Shown one piece after another: positions 54,898 to 64,000 of a stretch of DNA of 64,000 nt (position 1 is its first letter; every line of letters starts with the position of its first letter). The stretch comes from a virus, in IMG/VR virus record IMGVR_UViG_3300036861_000805, positions 1-64,000 of that record. One strand, 5' to 3'. The notes under the pieces were generated by a model. The model ran no database searches. It was given only the letters and a program-made list of their open reading frames with translations, and was not told the DNA's origin. A program made the translations under genes and the position numbers.

Positions 54898-55257
54898 CTA
54901 GGCTCCACGTCTGAATCCGGCAGCAATGAGCGCTGGCGCGAGGAAGGGATACTGATAGAACGCGCCCTGAGGGGTCACGCCGCCGAGTTCGAGTGCGATC
55001 GGGTAATTGAAGTCCGGATGCCCTCTCCAGGGATGAGCCGCATCCGCCAGGACGACGGAATAGAGCGAATCCGCCTCCTGGAAGATGCCAGCGTCGCGAA
55101 GAGACTGGATCGCATCTCCCGAGCGAACATGCGCACTCAGGTTGTTGTGCGCGTACGTCACGATCTCCTGGGACTTGCGGGAGATGTAGCGCCCAAGCTC
55201 TCCTTCCTCGGAGTGGAAGAACTGACGGATCACTCCGTCGTGCAGGATCACACTCAT
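54898..55257 (-). CDS. neck/tail completion protein
   Basis: VRSG...LELG...YPFLAPAL. Confidence 0.6.
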   Translation of the reverse strand: MSVILHDGVIRQFFHSEEGELGRYISRKSQEIVTYAHNNLSAHVRSGDAIQSLRDAGIFQEADSLYSVVLADAAHPWRGHPDFNYPIALELGGVTPQGAFYQYPFLAPALIAAGFRRGA

Positions 55258-56357
55258 ACGGGATGCCTGGGCGCGTAGCGCAATCTCGATGCGGGGCTCA
55301 TGACGGTCGGCGATCGGAGGAGCCCATGCGGATTCACAGTGTTCAGGAAGTAGTCCACCTCGCCGATGCCCGTGGCCCAGACGCCATCTCTGTTGCGCAC
55401 AAAGTAGCTGCGTTCCACGGTGATGCCTTGACGGGTGACGCGGGTCACGCCGCGCGGGAGAGCGCAGGACTCGTCGTTCTGGCAGGACTTGATGATCTCG
55501 CATGCAAGCGCCGCGGCCGCAAGCTGACCCATGACCGGAGGTGCCTTGCCGTAGGTGTAGGTGACTGCGAACGCTCCCGCAGCATCGTCGTCGACATCCG
55601 TGGACTGGCAGCGCGGCCAGAGTGCCCCGTCCTTGCGCACCAGATCGCGATTTCGGCGAACGAAATACGTGTCCGGCTCCACGATCTCGCCGTCAATCAG
55701 TACCTCGGTGATCTCCCGGACATGGCCAGCAAGCTTCACGACAGACTCTGCTCGGCAGCCGCAGACGAACCCGCTCCAGCAGCCTCGCCATTCGTCCCAT
55801 CCGACGAGATGACCACGGGAGAGCACCTGCAGACCGCAGAGGCAGCTATCGGTCCCGCAAGGGCGCACGGTCGTCTCACAAACTCCGGCCCAGCGCTTGC
55901 CGGATGCCAGGTAAAGCAGTTCGCTCGAGCCGACGATCGCAGAGTCAAGTAGGACGATGTCGGAGCCGAGATTGTCGGTATTGCAGCATTCGAGGACGTT
56001 CTCGCTCGTCGTCCAGGCCGAGCACAGAACCGAATCTGAGACGTCAACTCCCAAGGAGGGAAGCGAGAGGCTCGTATCCTGAACTAGGAGTTCATCTTCG
56101 CCCCCGGTGCCCGGATCAAAGCTGCCGTCGTTCGACCAGATGATCGTGTATTGCCCTTCCGTCGCCGGGGCTGTGAGCATGGCCCGGTAGCTGCCCGTCG
56201 GATTGCCGGCGATCGTCAGCTCGATGATGCCGACTGTAGTCGGCCCGAGCACGGTGTTGTTCTGATTATCGTTGATCGCGACGGCAAGTGCACCCACGAG
56301 ACCACTGACGCCGGCGTCGTAGGTCGCCTCGAAAACCGCACTCGGTTCCTGCTGCAT
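55254..56357 (-). CDS. head-to-tail adaptor
   Basis: TVRPC...WPRCQ...CALPRGVTRVTRQGIT...TGIGEVD. Confidence 0.75.
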   Translation of the reverse strand: MQQEPSAVFEATYDAGVSGLVGALAVAINDNQNNTVLGPTTVGIIELTIAGNPTGSYRAMLTAPATEGQYTIIWSNDGSFDPGTGGEDELLVQDTSLSLPSLGVDVSDSVLCSAWTTSENVLECCNTDNLGSDIVLLDSAIVGSSELLYLASGKRWAGVCETTVRPCGTDSCLCGLQVLSRGHLVGWDEWRGCWSGFVCGCRAESVVKLAGHVREITEVLIDGEIVEPDTYFVRRNRDLVRKDGALWPRCQSTDVDDDAAGAFAVTYTYGKAPPVMGQLAAAALACEIIKSCQNDESCALPRGVTRVTRQGITVERSYFVRNRDGVWATGIGEVDYFLNTVNPHGLLRSPTVMSPASRLRYAPRHPV

Positions 56358-56367
56358 GGCGCTCCTT

Positions 56368-56676
56368 TTAGGCGCTTGCTCGGCTTGCTGCGGCGGCGAT
56401 CGACCGCTTCTTCGTCAAGGCAGTCGCGTCGCCTGTGAGATCGGCGAAGACGGCCACGTTGTTGAAGGCCCCGAAGGCATTGTTCGCAAGTAGCGCGGCG
56501 AGCTCAGTGTTCGTGAGTGTGACACCGTCCTTGTAGGAGTAGGCGTCCACGTCCGTCCCGCCCGCGTTCACGTTCACGAGCTGCTCGTCGCTTCCATTCA
56601 CGATCGTGTAGTTGACGTTGAAGACCTCGAGCCGACCGTCAATATCGAACTCGTCGAAGTGATGCCAATGCTCCAT
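56368..56676 (-). CDS. hypothetical structural protein
   Basis: GGAGG RBS. Confidence 0.65.
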   Translation of the reverse strand: MEHWHHFDEFDIDGRLEVFNVNYTIVNGSDEQLVNVNAGGTDVDAYSYKDGVTLTNTELAALLANNAFGAFNNVAVFADLTGDATALTKKRSIAAAASRASA

Positions 56677-56732
56677 CTTTCCTCCTAGCTTTCGCTGCTA
56701 TTGCCGTCGAGTTTGACATTTGTGGCGGACAT

Positions 56733-57512
56733 TCAGATCACCGCTCTCTCGGGAACCCACAGATCCGGTACGAAGATCCCACTCTTGCGACGATGCCAGG
56801 ATTCGCGTGCCTTGCGGAGTCCTCCCATGAAGACGGCGGTGGAAGCGAAGCCGAGCCCGTGATAGCTCCGCTCCTGTGATTCAAGCTCGACGCCGACACT
56901 GGCGAATGCGGTGGAAGTGGTACCGCCGAAGGTCAATGTGGCGGCGTTCTCGCCGCTGTCGAGGACAGCCGAGCCGAGGCCGGTCGCCGGGGTGTTATAG
57001 CCACCATCAGCTCCCTCGATGTATCCCGTGCGCGGATTCATCACGGCGGCGTTCGCGCCCGCTGCAACGGCAATCAGCATGGGATTGCGATCATGTGGCG
57101 TTTGGTTTAGGACCGGCGCAGGTGTCGTGCCCGCTACGCCGCTCGACTCTCCGCCATTCGAGCGGACGGCCGAAGCTCCTGTAAGCGTCATGCCCGACAG
57201 TCTGTAGACGTGTAGCCCGCCGCCGGTCGATCCCGCCTGCGCCGCCGTGAAGATCGTGCTGCTCGCTGCCGGGATGAGCGCAGTCCGCACCCAGACCGTG
57301 AGAACGCCAGTGGTCGAAAAGCCCGTGCGGTCGGAGTCGGCCTGCGTGTAAGTGCCCGAGGAATTGTTGTCGGTGACGGCCGTGGTACCGCCCGACAGGC
57401 CCGAGGATGCCGCGATTATCACGATCAGGTCACCTATCGCAGGCGTAGCGGTAACGGTCTTATCCCCCGCCGCAGTCGTCCAGGTCGATCCCGCGAATGT
57501 CCAGGCAGGCAT
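56733..57512 (-). CDS. virion structural protein
   Basis: T/G/A-rich beta protein. Confidence 0.65.
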   Translation of the reverse strand: MPAWTFAGSTWTTAAGDKTVTATPAIGDLIVIIAASSGLSGGTTAVTDNNSSGTYTQADSDRTGFSTTGVLTVWVRTALIPAASSTIFTAAQAGSTGGGLHVYRLSGMTLTGASAVRSNGGESSGVAGTTPAPVLNQTPHDRNPMLIAVAAGANAAVMNPRTGYIEGADGGYNTPATGLGSAVLDSGENAATLTFGGTTSTAFASVGVELESQERSYHGLGFASTAVFMGGLRKARESWHRRKSGIFVPDLWVPERAVI

Positions 57513-57515
57513 CTC

Positions 57516-59366
57516 TTACGTCCTCGTGTAGTTGATGACCACGCCGATCAGCTTGGCATCGACCGCGAGGTTGTCGTTCGCCACGTCACGCCGGATTCGG
57601 ATCACCACAAGTTCGCCCGCGGCCGCACCAGTGAGTGTGACCGCGGGTGTAGCGTCCGACTTCTGCGCCTGAAGAGCTGTCGCCGTGTGAGCATCGGAGA
57701 TCACCTGTGCCGTGCCAGGAGCCGCATCGATTGTTTCCGAGTCACCGTAAGAGCGCCCAGCAATCTCCCACTGCACGTTGTTGGTCGAGACGCCAGTCGC
57801 GGTCCACCAGAATTCGGCCGTGACCGTGCCGCCATCCCAGTCCGAGGGCATCGCGAACGTCGCCCACGCGATCTCCTGCGTCGTCGTGTCGAAGTCGAGC
57901 GTGTAGTAGTTGAGGACGTTCGTGACCTCGACGTTCTTGACGAGCTGCGGACCGTTTGTCGTTGCCGGAATGAGACCCTGTGCGCTCAGATAGATGACGC
58001 CACTCGCCTTCGGGCCAGTTGCTCCCTGTGCCCCGGTCGCTCCCGTTGCCCCGGCAGAACCCGTTGCCCCGGTGGCACCCTGCGCACCGGCTGTCCCCGT
58101 GGCACCCGTCGCCCCATCGAGACCGTCCAAACCATCGAAGCCCGTTCCCCCCTGCGGACCAGTAGCGCCCGTCGCCCCCTCTACCCCTGTTGCCCCTGCT
58201 GCTCCTGTGGCTCCTTGAGTGCCTGTAGCCCCGGTAGCTCCATCCAGGCCGTCCAGACCGTCGGATCCGGTAGCTCCTGCGGAGCCGGTGGGACCAGTCG
58301 CACCCTGGATACCGGTCGCCCCCTGGGGGCCCGAAGCTCCAGTCGCACCATCAGCACCCGTGGCCCCGGTGCTGCCCTGAGTTCCGGTAGCCCCTTGGGT
58401 TCCCGTTGCTCCGGTAGCACCTTGGATTCCGGTAGCACCTGTCGACCCCTGAGTGCCCATCGCACCTGTACTACCTGTCTCTCCTTGCGCACCGGCTATC
58501 CCCGTCGCGCCAGTAGCTCCATCCGGTCCCTCAAGGCCATCCATACCCGTAGCCCCTGTTGCTCCAGCACTACCCGCAGTGCCGGTAGCTCCGGTTGCGC
58601 CCTGCGTGCCCACGATTCCCGTCGCCCCCGTCGCTCCATCGACCCCTGCGCTTCCTGTAGCGCCGGTCGCCCCCTGGGTCCCCGTGGCTCCGGTCGAACC
58701 CGTACCCGTTGATCCTTGCGCACCAGTAGCTCCCGTGCTTCCCTGGATTCCCGTCGGGCCAGTCGCACCCTGCGGCCCCGTAGCTCCCGTGAATCCGTCG
58801 AGACCATCAAGCCCGTCGAGGCCTGTGGCGCCTTGCAGGCCTGTCGCACCTGTTGCTCCCGTCGTTCCCTGAGTACCCGTTGCACCCGTTTCTCCCGCGC
58901 CAGTAGCACCGGTGTTTCCGGCCGCTCCCTGCACACCCGTGGCACCAGTGGCTCCTGCTGTTCCTGCCGTACCCGTCGCGCCGGTAGATCCCTGCGTCCC
59001 CGAGCCTGTAGCACCTGTAGCACCCGTCGCCCCCGTCTCTCCATCGGCACCATCCAGACCGCCGAGACCAGTCGCACCTGTTTCGCCAGCTCCCGTCGCT
59101 CCCGTGATTCCGGTCGCGCCAGTTGCCCCCGCAGTACCGGTTGCGCCAGTAGAGCCAGAACCGGTTCCTCCTGTCGCTCCCGTTGCACCATTAGCCCCGG
59201 TAGCACCCTGGGACCCGGTTGCTCCGGTATTCCCGCCAGCGGGAGGATCGATATAGACGTGCGTCAGACCGTCGCCAGCAACTTGCAGGATCTTGCCCGC
59301 GGCCTGGGCCGAATTGTCGACATCGAACAGAGCTTGCAGGAAGCGAATGACTTGAATCGCTGCCAT
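57516..59366 (-). CDS. long collagen-like head/neck fibre
   Basis: about 400 aa of G-X-Y dominated by GAT. Confidence 0.85.
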   Translation of the reverse strand: MAAIQVIRFLQALFDVDNSAQAAGKILQVAGDGLTHVYIDPPAGGNTGATGSQGATGANGATGATGGTGSGSTGATGTAGATGATGITGATGAGETGATGLGGLDGADGETGATGATGATGSGTQGSTGATGTAGTAGATGATGVQGAAGNTGATGAGETGATGTQGTTGATGATGLQGATGLDGLDGLDGFTGATGPQGATGPTGIQGSTGATGAQGSTGTGSTGATGTQGATGATGSAGVDGATGATGIVGTQGATGATGTAGSAGATGATGMDGLEGPDGATGATGIAGAQGETGSTGAMGTQGSTGATGIQGATGATGTQGATGTQGSTGATGADGATGASGPQGATGIQGATGPTGSAGATGSDGLDGLDGATGATGTQGATGAAGATGVEGATGATGPQGGTGFDGLDGLDGATGATGTAGAQGATGATGSAGATGATGAQGATGPKASGVIYLSAQGLIPATTNGPQLVKNVEVTNVLNYYTLDFDTTTQEIAWATFAMPSDWDGGTVTAEFWWTATGVSTNNVQWEIAGRSYGDSETIDAAPGTAQVISDAHTATALQAQKSDATPAVTLTGAAAGELVVIRIRRDVANDNLAVDAKLIGVVINYTRT

Positions 59367-59428
59367 CAGCGCTCCTTATCCGCGGGTTGCACGACCATGC
59401 CGCGGAGAGTCGCCTTATCCCGAGCCGT

Positions 59429-60328
59429 CTACTGGAGGCTCCAGTCGATGAGGACGCCGACCTGGAGAGCGGTGTCCCAGTCATAGACGACGAAACGCTC
59501 GGGATAGACCGTGACCAGGTTGATCGAGCGATCGAGAGACTCACCGATGGTGACCCTCGGCCCGTCCCCAATCCTGACCTCGAGCGGCCCTGTCGCGAAG
59601 ACCCAATCCTTCGTGTCATCCGGCCCGGGCAGGCCTCCACCACCGAGGGGATGAACTCCGATATATCCGGATCCCGAGACGACGGGGGTCCCGTTACGTG
59701 TGCGGATCCCGGCTTCCGGCGTCTCCTCGTTGATATCCGAGTTGTCGTTCAGAAGCTCGGAGCCGAACCCCCAAGCTGCGACGACAGCGGGGGTCGCATG
59801 GATCATGAACTCTCGCCCTGTGCGGCTGGCGCCTGCGTTCTCGAGATAGCCGAGACCGACTGCCGGACTGACTGCTGCGCCCGCCAGCGCAACGAAATTC
59901 GTGTCTCCGAGAAAACGGTTATTCGACTGCGCGACGCCTCCTGCGATCGCAGCCTCGACACCGTGTGAAAGTGTGGCGTTGAGAGCCAACCGCGCGCGCT
60001 CGATGAAGGACTCGTCGCGTGCGTCGAAGCTCGAGCACTCGAGCGGGAAGTAGATCGCGATCGGATCGAAGCGATCTCCCGGCTGAGGATCCTCGTCCGC
60101 CGCGGTCTCCTTGGTGCGAAACGTTCCTACGGAACAGGGTTCCCAGTCGAAGGGCGTCCCGGCGGGATAGCCATAGACATTGACCCCCGCCATCCACCGG
60201 GGCTCGCCCTCGTCCTCTCCTACTTCTTCGACGACGACCCCGGGTGTCTTTAACAGGCTGTACCGACGAGCAACGGGAAGGGGGCCGTTGATGGCCTGAG
60301 CTTCCCCTACTCCGGTCAACGTTGCCAT
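59429..60328 (-). CDS. capsid pentamer-like / minor capsid protein
   Basis: NGTPVVSGSGY...WVFATG...ER pattern as in two-capsid actinophages. Confidence 0.6.
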   Translation of the reverse strand: MATLTGVGEAQAINGPLPVARRYSLLKTPGVVVEEVGEDEGEPRWMAGVNVYGYPAGTPFDWEPCSVGTFRTKETAADEDPQPGDRFDPIAIYFPLECSSFDARDESFIERARLALNATLSHGVEAAIAGGVAQSNNRFLGDTNFVALAGAAVSPAVGLGYLENAGASRTGREFMIHATPAVVAAWGFGSELLNDNSDINEETPEAGIRTRNGTPVVSGSGYIGVHPLGGGGLPGPDDTKDWVFATGPLEVRIGDGPRVTIGESLDRSINLVTVYPERFVVYDWDTALQVGVLIDWSLQ

Positions 60329-60355
60329 CTTGCGGCCCCCTTACTCGTCGATTCA

Positions 60356-61024
60356 CTAGCTCCCCGGCGTGACGGCGCCGGTAGCGCAGTCAGCTGCGGG
60401 GATGGTGTCGGCCGTCTTCCAGTACGCGCCTTCCATCCCGACGTCGGAGCCGTCCGGCGGACCATCGCCGTACGGGCCCCCACCCCAGAGATCGTTGGAA
60501 CGCGAGAAGCCGGTCAGCACCGGATTCATGTAGTCCTCCTCGGCCGTGTTGTCCGACCACTGCCAGACCGACGCAGGGAAGACCCAGTGGATGTATGGCA
60601 GGGACGAGTCCTTCTTCGATCCGAAGAGGTGCTGCGTCCAGATCTCGACCGCGACCATCTGCGCCTGCTCGTCACAGTCGAGGGCCGTCGGGAAGTGCTG
60701 TCCGACGACTCCATTGCCTTCGGTGGGATCCGTGATGCTCGTCCCGCCCACCATGAGAACCGTCAGCTCAGGCTCGACGGCCCCGTCGGTGAAGGTGAAC
60801 TCCCACCAGTTGAAGATGTCCTCCGACTTGAATCGAGACAGGGAACAGCCACAGCCGTTGCGCTGGCTGAAGGTCGCCCCGGTATCGATGTTCGGAGAGA
60901 AGGCAAACGAGATCTGCTTGTCCGTGACATACGTGTTGTCGCCTGCGGCGACGTTTCCGAGATCGTCGAGCAGAGTGACTCTCAGACCACACAGCCCGAA
61001 GCTCGGCCCACAGCGGATCGCCAT
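60356..61024 (-). CDS. major tail protein
   Basis: LRVTLLD...NGCGC...VAVEIWT...YIHWVFP...WGGGPY. Confidence 0.75.
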   Translation of the reverse strand: MAIRCGPSFGLCGLRVTLLDDLGNVAAGDNTYVTDKQISFAFSPNIDTGATFSQRNGCGCSLSRFKSEDIFNWWEFTFTDGAVEPELTVLMVGGTSITDPTEGNGVVGQHFPTALDCDEQAQMVAVEIWTQHLFGSKKDSSLPYIHWVFPASVWQWSDNTAEEDYMNPVLTGFSRSNDLWGGGPYGDGPPDGSDVGMEGAYWKTADTIPAADCATGAVTPGS

Positions 61025-61128
61025 TTAGAGCACCTCCTTGTTGTGCATGGCGGTCGCGAGGAGAACGGGAGAGCCGCTTGCCTTTATGGCTTTCATCGCG
61101 TCTCTCCCGTCCTTCGTTCCTCGAGTCC

Positions 61129-62976
61129 CTATGCGCACGTCGGCGCGGTCCCCAGTGCCGGGTACACGCCGTTCGGGCAAATGTCCTGAGTGATCCAGAG
61201 AGCGGCCTGTGCTGGGCCGATGCGAGCCACGTTCTCGAAGGACTCCCCAAACAGCTGGAAGTCGTTCGTCGAGTTGAGCGTCGAATCACGGACGAGGCCG
61301 AGCTCGAGCACGCCCATGTCGAGGTGGATGAACTCGCCCTCCGGGAAGAGCGGGTACTGCACCTCGGCCGGAAAGAGCTCCAGCGGGCCCACGGCCTGCG
61401 TGGCCCCGAACGTGTCCGCACCCGTGACGTCGTCGAGCGAGTACGAGATGCGGATGCCATACTGAGCGAGCTTGGCGGTCAGAGCCGCGCGTGCGCGGTC
61501 TGCCGTGTCGAGCTGCTTCAGTGCGTCGTCGGCAGCCAGGATGTCGCCGATCCAGGACGGCATGATCGTCCGGAAGACGACGTTGTCGTCCATCCGGAGA
61601 CGTCGCTTGATGCCCGCCGTCGCCGCGGTGATGGCGTACACGAGGCTCGCGAACGCGTTCATCGTGGCTCCGACGGCTGCCTGCGTGACCTGCACCGACT
61701 GCGTCTTGATCCCGTCGAGCAGGAAGGTGTCCGCCGTTCGTGCCCAGGCGGCCATCGTCAGATCGTTCTCGTGCGCGATCCGCTCCGGCCACGCCCGGGC
61801 GTTCAGATTGCCGTACTCACGGCAGTGGCTGATCACGACAACGGAGGTCTCGACGTAATCGACGCAGTCGAGGTCCTGGCAGGACTTCGTCGCGAAGGTC
61901 CCGCCGAGGGCATCCTCGTCCGCCGTGATCTGCGAGATCGCCGTGGTGATGTCACCGATCGTGGGCGACTCGGGAACGTTCACGCCGCCGCGATCCGCCT
62001 GGAAGGACGCGAGTGCTTCCCGCACCGGCCGCGCCTGCGAGGCGAAATTGACGAGCGTGTAGATGTTCTCGAGCGGTGCACAGAGACCACCGGACGCGAT
62101 CATCCCCATGAGACCCGGAATGCCCGCCGGAATCACCGAGCGGATCTTGCGAGCATTCGCATCCGGATCGCCCGGGAACAGTCTTCGCTCCTCGGGGAAG
62201 GGGAAGTTCGCCGACGCGACGAGGAAGCGCTGCTCGATCCCCGCCTCATGCTTGGTCTGCGGCCCGAGTGAGCGAGCCACCGTCTTGATGGCCTCGGCGA
62301 GGCCCATCCGGTCGAGCATGGTCCCTCCGCGGACACCGGCCTGGCCGGCGACTGCGATCAGGCCCGCACCCGTGGATTCGCCACGGCGCTCGGCAGAGGG
62401 AGCGGGCGGGCGACGAAGCGGCGTACGCTTCGGCGACCGTGGCGTACCGGCCGATGCCGTTGCGGCCTCCTCTTCCTTCTCCTTCTCCTCTTCCTTCTCC
62501 TCGTCTTCCTCGGCCTTGCCTTCGCCCTCGGCAGCGAGCGACTCAGAACCCTCCTCGGAGCTCTCTCCCTCGCCCTCAGACGCCTCGGCTTCGGCTCCGG
62601 CCTCTTCGCCTTCGCCGGCACCTTCCTCTTCGCCTTCGCCGCCGGCATCCTCTTCGCCGCCCTCAGCCGCTTCGTCCTCCTCGACTGCAAGCGCCTGGGC
62701 CGCGCGCTCGGCGAGCTCGTTCTTGCGATCGACGTATTCCTGCGCGAGATCGTCGCGGCGCTTCTGCTCCGCCTTGATCGCCTCGATCTGCCCAATCCCA
62801 CGCTCCATCTCGGCGAGCTCCTCGTCAGGGGAGACGCCCTTCAGGAACTCCTCGTTGCCTTCGTTGATCGCCTCGAGGGCGACCTCGTGCTCCTTCAGTA
62901 GAGCTTCCAGCCTCTCGTCGGTGACGTTCTCGACATCCGACAAGTCCTCAGGAAGCTCGGGGAACAGTGGGTCCAT
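61129..62976 (-). CDS. major capsid (hexamer) protein with acidic N-terminal scaffold region
   Basis: ASGGLCAPLENIY, RGGV, LELGLVRDSTLNSTNDF. Confidence 0.88.
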   Translation of the reverse strand: MDPLFPELPEDLSDVENVTDERLEALLKEHEVALEAINEGNEEFLKGVSPDEELAEMERGIGQIEAIKAEQKRRDDLAQEYVDRKNELAERAAQALAVEEDEAAEGGEEDAGGEGEEEGAGEGEEAGAEAEASEGEGESSEEGSESLAAEGEGKAEEDEEKEEEKEKEEEAATASAGTPRSPKRTPLRRPPAPSAERRGESTGAGLIAVAGQAGVRGGTMLDRMGLAEAIKTVARSLGPQTKHEAGIEQRFLVASANFPFPEERRLFPGDPDANARKIRSVIPAGIPGLMGMIASGGLCAPLENIYTLVNFASQARPVREALASFQADRGGVNVPESPTIGDITTAISQITADEDALGGTFATKSCQDLDCVDYVETSVVVISHCREYGNLNARAWPERIAHENDLTMAAWARTADTFLLDGIKTQSVQVTQAAVGATMNAFASLVYAITAATAGIKRRLRMDDNVVFRTIMPSWIGDILAADDALKQLDTADRARAALTAKLAQYGIRISYSLDDVTGADTFGATQAVGPLELFPAEVQYPLFPEGEFIHLDMGVLELGLVRDSTLNSTNDFQLFGESFENVARIGPAQAALWITQDICPNGVYPALGTAPTCA

Positions 62977-63203
62977 TTCGGTCTCCTTCGACTCGAACTA
63001 ATGAGCGTCGGAGTCCTAAGGACCCAACTGACACGAGAGGTCTAAGCCGTCTCAGCGCTTGCGCAGCAGATTAGACCACCCAGCGGATGTGCGCTAGTAT
63101 CGGTGCCGATACGAGAGCTGCCGAGCTCCCTCCGTCCCTCGACTTCGATAGCCGAACCGCCGAGTTCGAGCAGCCCACTCAGACGACATAGGAGGTAAAA
63201 CCG

Positions 63204-63665
63204 GTGAGCACTCACACGCTCGACGCGAGCGGATCGCGTCCCCTCACTACCATGATCAACGACCCGGCGAGAACGGCGGCGACCGTCGGCGCGAAGCTCG
63301 GAGACGACGTCGTCGCGACGCTCGGCAACTTCGCCTACGTCGAAATTCCGATCCCGACGACTCCCGGCGCGTGCGAGATCGTCGTCCGCCAGCGCGTCGA
63401 GAAGCAGATGAAGCGTGACGAGAAAGGCGACCCGGTCCGCGACGCGGACAAGAACGTCGTCTATGAGGAGGTCGAGGTCGAGAGCCGGACGCTTCGGCTT
63501 CGCGCATTCACCTACGTCATCGGCCGCACCGAGAGCGAGACGCCGCACTCGACCTTCCGTGTCGTCAACCTCGACAAGGATCCCAACCCTCCGATGGCGC
63601 TCTGGGGCGACGTCGTCGCCGAGGCGAAGATCGACCTCGGCTACGGGACGGAGCCGACGCCGTGA
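63204..63665 (+). CDS. hypothetical protein, opposite to structural operon
   Basis: AGGAGGT RBS, GC3-rich. Confidence 0.75.
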   Translation: MSTHTLDASGSRPLTTMINDPARTAATVGAKLGDDVVATLGNFAYVEIPIPTTPGACEIVVRQRVEKQMKRDEKGDPVRDADKNVVYEEVEVESRTLRLRAFTYVIGRTESETPHSTFRVVNLDKDPNPPMALWGDVVAEAKIDLGYGTEPTP

Positions 63666-63883
63666 GCGAGGAGACCGTCATCGGGGGCCCGCTCGACTCT
63701 CGCGGAAGCAAGGCTCACGGAGGATCGCTCTACCTGGACGGATGCGACGTCGATCTCTCGCGCGAGGCGCTTGTCCTCGACGTCCGCATCTCGAAGGTCG
63801 ACTCCAGCAAGCTGGAGACGATCGTCGTCACGATCAAGGGAGTCGAGGTCGCGAGTCTCCCGGCGACTTTCGTCTTAGTCTGA
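63662..63883 (+). CDS. hypothetical protein
   Basis: GTGA overlap. Confidence 0.6.
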   Translation: MSEETVIGGPLDSRGSKAHGGSLYLDGCDVDLSREALVLDVRISKVDSSKLETIVVTIKGVEVASLPATFVLV

Positions 63884-64000
63884 CCAGTCGAGCTCAAGCG
63901 GATTGCGCTCGCCGATGAAATTGAGCGCACAGCGCCCGCGGTCTTTCCCCCAGAGCGCGTTCTGACGTCCCTTCACCGATTCGACGGTGTCCGGATGCTC
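63875..64000 (-). CDS. C-terminal end of a gene entering from the right edge
   Basis: open frame ...ALNFIGERNPLELDWSD-stop. Confidence 0.4.
   Translation of the reverse strand, partial: EHPDTVESVKGRQNALWGKDRGRCALNFIGERNPLELDWSD

Noticed and set aside
45642-59366. 9-nt periodic repeats as non-coding arrays
   Set aside because: Explained by Gly-X-Y collagen coding with synonymous variation
49908-63001. Long plus-strand ORFs over the structural arm
   Set aside because: Antisense shadows of GC-rich genes with no motifs or RBS
1-64000. tRNA, integrase, reverse transcriptase/DGR, transposase, alternative genetic code
   Set aside because: No such motifs recognised; genes terminate normally at all three stop codons

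Overview
High-GC sequence that reads as most of a tailed (siphovirus-type) actinobacteriophage genome; two small genes tentatively point to a Thermoleophilia/Gaiellales-like host. Layout: (i) 1-2.9 kb leftward module with a ribbon-helix-helix gene, small ORFs and two repeat arrays; (ii) 3.1-34.4 kb rightward early/middle arm of many small ORFs plus sliding clamp, C5 methyltransferase, HTH regulators, replication initiator/loader, HerA-like ATPase, RNA ligase-like protein and HNH nucleases; (iii) 34.5-63 kb leftward virion/lysis arm (capsid, tail, tape measure, collagen-like fibres, glycosyltransferase/methyltransferases, three lytic enzymes, holins). No terminase, portal, integrase, cas gene or tRNA was recognised in the window. 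Main result: two arrays (19 and 23 units; 177-872 and 1475-2312, minus strand) of 36-nt units built as conserved 10-mer / variable 8-mer / second conserved 10-mer / variable 8-mer. This is the architecture of TIGR (tandem interspaced guide RNA) arrays, not CRISPR. No Nop-domain Tas effector was recognised in the window; a gene starting at position 50 and running off the left edge is a candidate. The larger array lies inside an ORF whose ends overlap both neighbours, and a third 3-unit array lies in frame inside the replication initiator gene. Also found: a 15-bp palindrome in 14-15 copies, a G.G-mismatch hairpin at six early gene junctions, a nested overprinted gene, and a papain-like protease with rearranged motif order. 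All product calls come from motif recognition by eye; no database searches were run.
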